From Candidatus Fermentibacterota bacterium (GTDB lineage: Bacteria; JAFGKV01): a DNA stretch of 36,504 bases. The translations under genes and the position numbers were made by a program. Under the pieces are notes generated by a model. It was given only the letters and a program-made list of their open reading frames with translations. It ran no database searches and was not told the origin of the DNA. Positions 33,900-36,504 of the stretch are shown in pieces. How positions within the stretch are numbered: position 1 is the stretch's first letter; each line of letters opens with the position of its first letter. The DNA is taken from positions 1-36,504 of the forward strand of contig JAFGKV010000050.1 in assembly GCA_016928395.1 (NCBI GenBank), given 5' to 3'.

Positions 33900-36504
33900 C
33901 TAGAAGGTGGTTCTGATGCCGACCCGGATATTGCGGCCGGCCAGGTAGTTATAGGGGTCGCGCAGATAGAGCCTGCCGTCGCCCCAGGGCGTACCCCAGC
34001 GTGCGTAGACCTCTCGGACATTGGAACGGTCAAACACATTGCGGACATCGAGAACCAGATCGAGCCCGATCCCGGCAACCTGGAATCCCTTGTTCATTTT
34101 GATGTCCAGTTCGCTGGTATAAGGCTTTCGCACATTGTTTGCCACATTGTCCCCTTCGACTTTTCTGCCACTGGATTCATCCTCGAGTGTGTAGGGCAGC
34201 CCGCTCCCATACTTCCAGAGCACATTAACGCCCCAGTTGGAGGGAAGTCTCTGGCCGAAGAGCCGGACTTCGTCACCGGGGAAGAATCGGAAGTCCACGC
34301 TGGTCGTGAGGGAGTTGCGTTCATCCCAGTCAAGATAGTTGTCGGTCAGCGGCAGGTTCTCACCGGCGAAGCCCGAGTCGTACACGCTGCGGTCCGAGGA
34401 GCTCTTACCCGTGGCGATCATGTATGCGTATGACGCATTCCCGCTGATATGGTTGGAGTAGCGCTTCTCGAAGTTCAGCTCGAAGCCTCTGATGCGCCCA
34501 TAGTCTACATTGCCGTACACGTAGAACCGGTCAAACCGGTCCCCGAGAACCCATTGATTCACCAAATCAAACACATCCTTGAAGAACCCTGTGACATCAA
34601 CCTTGAAGTTCTCGTTGAACGCATGATTGATGCCGAACTCGTAGGCCACGGTGCGCTCGGGCAGTAAGTTGGGATTTCCAAACAGGTTATAGGCCGAAGG
34701 GCCCTGCGTATCCCTGGCATATACCTTGTCGAACTCGGGCCACTGGACGAAGTGGCCGTAATTGAAATAGAGCACGTCATGGTCGGTGATGGGATGGCTG
34801 ATGCCAAGGCGCGGGCTCATGTAGAACTTCCACATGTCCAGCGGGATGAGCGCGCCGCTTTGATCATACACTTCACGGCCTTCGAGGTTCGTGCCGAGGT
34901 AGCGGAAGTCCAGCCGGAGCCCGGCGTTCACGATGAGCCCCTCGAACTCCATCTTGTCTTGCGCGTACACCGCGCCGTCTACCGGTTGGCGGGAGTAGAA
35001 ATCACGGAAGGTCCCGCGGTCTGGATACCCGCCCAGGCTGTCCGCCTCAACGTCTTCGTAGGGATACTCATGCTGCGGGTACTGCACCTCTTTGTGGGTG
35101 AAATCATTGAAGCTGAGCGAGAAGCCGGTCTTGGCCTGGTGGTGCTTGCCGAGTTGGGTCGTCAGGTCGAACTTGACGGTGCCGATGGTCTCCTTGCGCT
35201 CGTGATACTGTGCCCACTGATCGTAGGTGCCTTCACGGCCCCGGTTCCATGAGCCGCTCCAGTTGGCGTCTTCATACGGCTCGCCGAAGAGATCGCACAC
35301 CCCGTTGTTGTTGTAGTCGACCCACTCACTGTCTTGGTCATCGGCCCGACCGGAGCCATCGGCCACGCCATTGCCGTTCCAGTCATCCCAACGGCTGCGC
35401 CACTCAGGCGGGTCATACTTGCTATTGCCTTCGCTTCCATAGGGGTTGAGGGTGGCGTGGTAGTTGTCGCCGTTGGGATCGGGGTTGGTGACCGGGTCAA
35501 AGCCGGGCTCCTGCGCATCGGGCACGCCGTCTATGCCCACGTCATAGAACGGTTCAGCGTCGAATCCGGGGTCGGCAAAGCCGTCGTAGGGATCCCACAG
35601 GCCATTACCGTTCCAGTCGGTGAAGCGTTCGCCGGGATCGTACACGCCGTTGGGCTCAACGTAGGCAAACGAGCGGATCCCATTGGCGGTGACGACCCAG
35701 AGGTCGTCGACCCGCATATCGCCTTCACCAGGCTGCCACACTCCATCGCCGTTCAGGTCGTTCCACGGGTCATACACGCCGTTGAACTGATAATCAATAT
35801 AGGCGACTTCGCCTGAGTCCCAGAGACCGTTGCCGTTGCGGTCTACGAAGCTCCATCCATCCTGGAAGGGCTCGCCCTCGTCCCATCGGCCGTTGACGTT
35901 CAGATCCCCGAATGCCTCCGCGTAGTCAAACTGGCTGTTGGGAAGATCGTATACGCCGTTGCCGTTGAGGTCTTCATACGGTTCGCCGGGGTCCCACGCG
36001 CCGTTTCCCTCTCCGGCCGAGCGATCGCCGGTGAGCGGCAATCCATCGGCGCCGCAGTCCAGGAACGGTTCGCCATCGCACCAGGGTTCGTGGTAGTCGG
36101 GCACGGACCTTCGATAGCTGCCCCAGAAGTAGCTCCACGGCAAGATTACAAGGTTGTCGAGATCCGCCAGTAAGTCGTAGAAGGAGCGATAATCGCCCCA
36201 GGATCCCCAGGTCGAGACCGGCACGATCTTGGGGAACCAGTCGGGACGGTTCCCCCCGGGAAGCAACTCGTAGTGGGTCGTAAACAGACCGGCGTTCACG
36301 GTATAAAACGTGTTGTTGCTGAGCGTATGCGTCAAATTGAGATTGTAGTGATTCGAGGTTCGCAATGTCTGATGGTTTGTCGAAGGCGTAAAGATCTTGG
36401 CCCAGTCAGATCCCTCATTGCGGTCATAGGACCCTCGATAGCTCAGCGTCATCTTCATCTGAGGCTTGAAGCGATAGCTCAGCTTTGCGGAGGCAGAGTA
36501 GCTG
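33900..36504 (-). CDS. TonB-dependent receptor (C-terminal barrel part; 5' end outside the window)
   Basis: Frame is open to the window edge (..SYSASAKLSYRFKPQMKM). YAQDKMEFEGLIVNAGLRLD, SPRLGISHPIT, YFNYGHF.Q.P, GNPNLLPERTVAYEFG, NVFDR.N, terminal R.IRVGIRTTF. Confidence 0.93.
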   Translation of the reverse strand, partial: SYSASAKLSYRFKPQMKMTLSYRGSYDRNEGSDWAKIFTPSTNHQTLRTSNHYNLNLTHTLSNNTFYTVNAGLFTTHYELLPGGNRPDWFPKIVPVSTWGSWGDYRSFYDLLADLDNLVILPWSYFWGSYRRSVPDYHEPWCDGEPFLDCGADGLPLTGDRSAGEGNGAWDPGEPYEDLNGNGVYDLPNSQFDYAEAFGDLNVNGRWDEGEPFQDGWSFVDRNGNGLWDSGEVAYIDYQFNGVYDPWNDLNGDGVWQPGEGDMRVDDLWVVTANGIRSFAYVEPNGVYDPGERFTDWNGNGLWDPYDGFADPGFDAEPFYDVGIDGVPDAQEPGFDPVTNPDPNGDNYHATLNPYGSEGNSKYDPPEWRSRWDDWNGNGVADGSGRADDQDSEWVDYNNNGVCDLFGEPYEDANWSGSWNRGREGTYDQWAQYHERKETIGTVKFDLTTQLGKHHQAKTGFSLSFNDFTHKEVQYPQHEYPYEDVEADSLGGYPDRGTFRDFYSRQPVDGAVYAQDKMEFEGLIVNAGLRLDFRYLGTNLEGREVYDQSGALIPLDMWKFYMSPRLGISHPITDHDVLYFNYGHFVQWPEFDKVYARDTQGPSAYNLFGNPNLLPERTVAYEFGINHAFNENFKVDVTGFFKDVFDLVNQWVLGDRFDRFYVYGNVDYGRIRGFELNFEKRYSNHISGNASYAYMIATGKSSSDRSVYDSGFAGENLPLTDNYLDWDERNSLTTSVDFRFFPGDEVRLFGQRLPSNWGVNVLWKYGSGLPYTLEDESSGRKVEGDNVANNVRKPYTSELDIKMNKGFQVAGIGLDLVLDVRNVFDRSNVREVYARWGTPWGDGRLYLRDPYNYLAGRNIRVGIRTTF
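35240..36090 (-). repeat. About 14 degenerate acidic peptide repeats, D-x-N-G-N-G-x-(W/Y)-D-x-G-E-(P)-(F/Y), inside the TonB-dependent receptor
   Basis: Examples: GNGAWDPGEPYED, LNGNGVYD, DLNVNGRWDEGEPFQD, DRNGNGLWDSGE, DLNGDGVWQPGE, PNGVYDPGERFTD, WNGNGLWDP, DWNGNGVAD, DYNNNGVCD, GEPYEDANWSGSWN. Confidence 0.88.

Noticed and set aside
35240-36090. Possible CRISPR array or DNA tandem repeat (recurring GCCGTT motifs)
   Set aside because: The repeats are degenerate at DNA level, in frame and conserved as peptide; there is no constant repeat-spacer period and no cas gene.

Overview
GC-rich bacterial chromosomal window with every credible gene on the minus strand. It is probably from an FCB-group lineage outside the Bacteroidota (inferred from the PorV-family gene, a T9SS-like C-terminal domain, DUF4837 and DUF2723). 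In transcription order (right to left): (1) A TonB-dependent receptor, truncated at the window edge, carrying a large insertion of acidic DxNGNGx(W/Y)DxGE repeats, then a 703-aa secreted protein with a T9SS-like C-terminus, then a PorV/PorQ-family barrel. (2) A ~19-kb, largely translationally coupled glycosylation locus: ArnC-like GT2, SAM methyltransferase, ArnD-like deformylase, B12 radical SAM, DUF2723/TMEM260-like GT-C with TPRs, four GT4s, a tiny basic protein, radical SAM/SPASM, PaaK/CapK-like ligase, GT9, GT2, GT28 glycolipid synthase, GNAT, TPR lipoprotein and a flippase-like membrane protein. (3) Housekeeping and membrane genes: rhomboid, DUF4837 lipoprotein, efp-accB-accC, a small protein, nfeD-slipin, a small membrane protein and comEC. 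(4) tRNA-Gly(GCC) and tRNA-Cys(GCA). (5) A secreted papain-family (C1A) protease with FG-GAP-like repeats that runs off the left edge and is missing from the ORF track. No mobile element or CRISPR array was seen. The best novelty candidates are the receptor/cargo/PorV triad and the adjacent Arn-like + B12-radical-SAM + GT-C cassette, which may be a protein O-glycosylation system. All family calls come from motif recognition by eye, not database searches.
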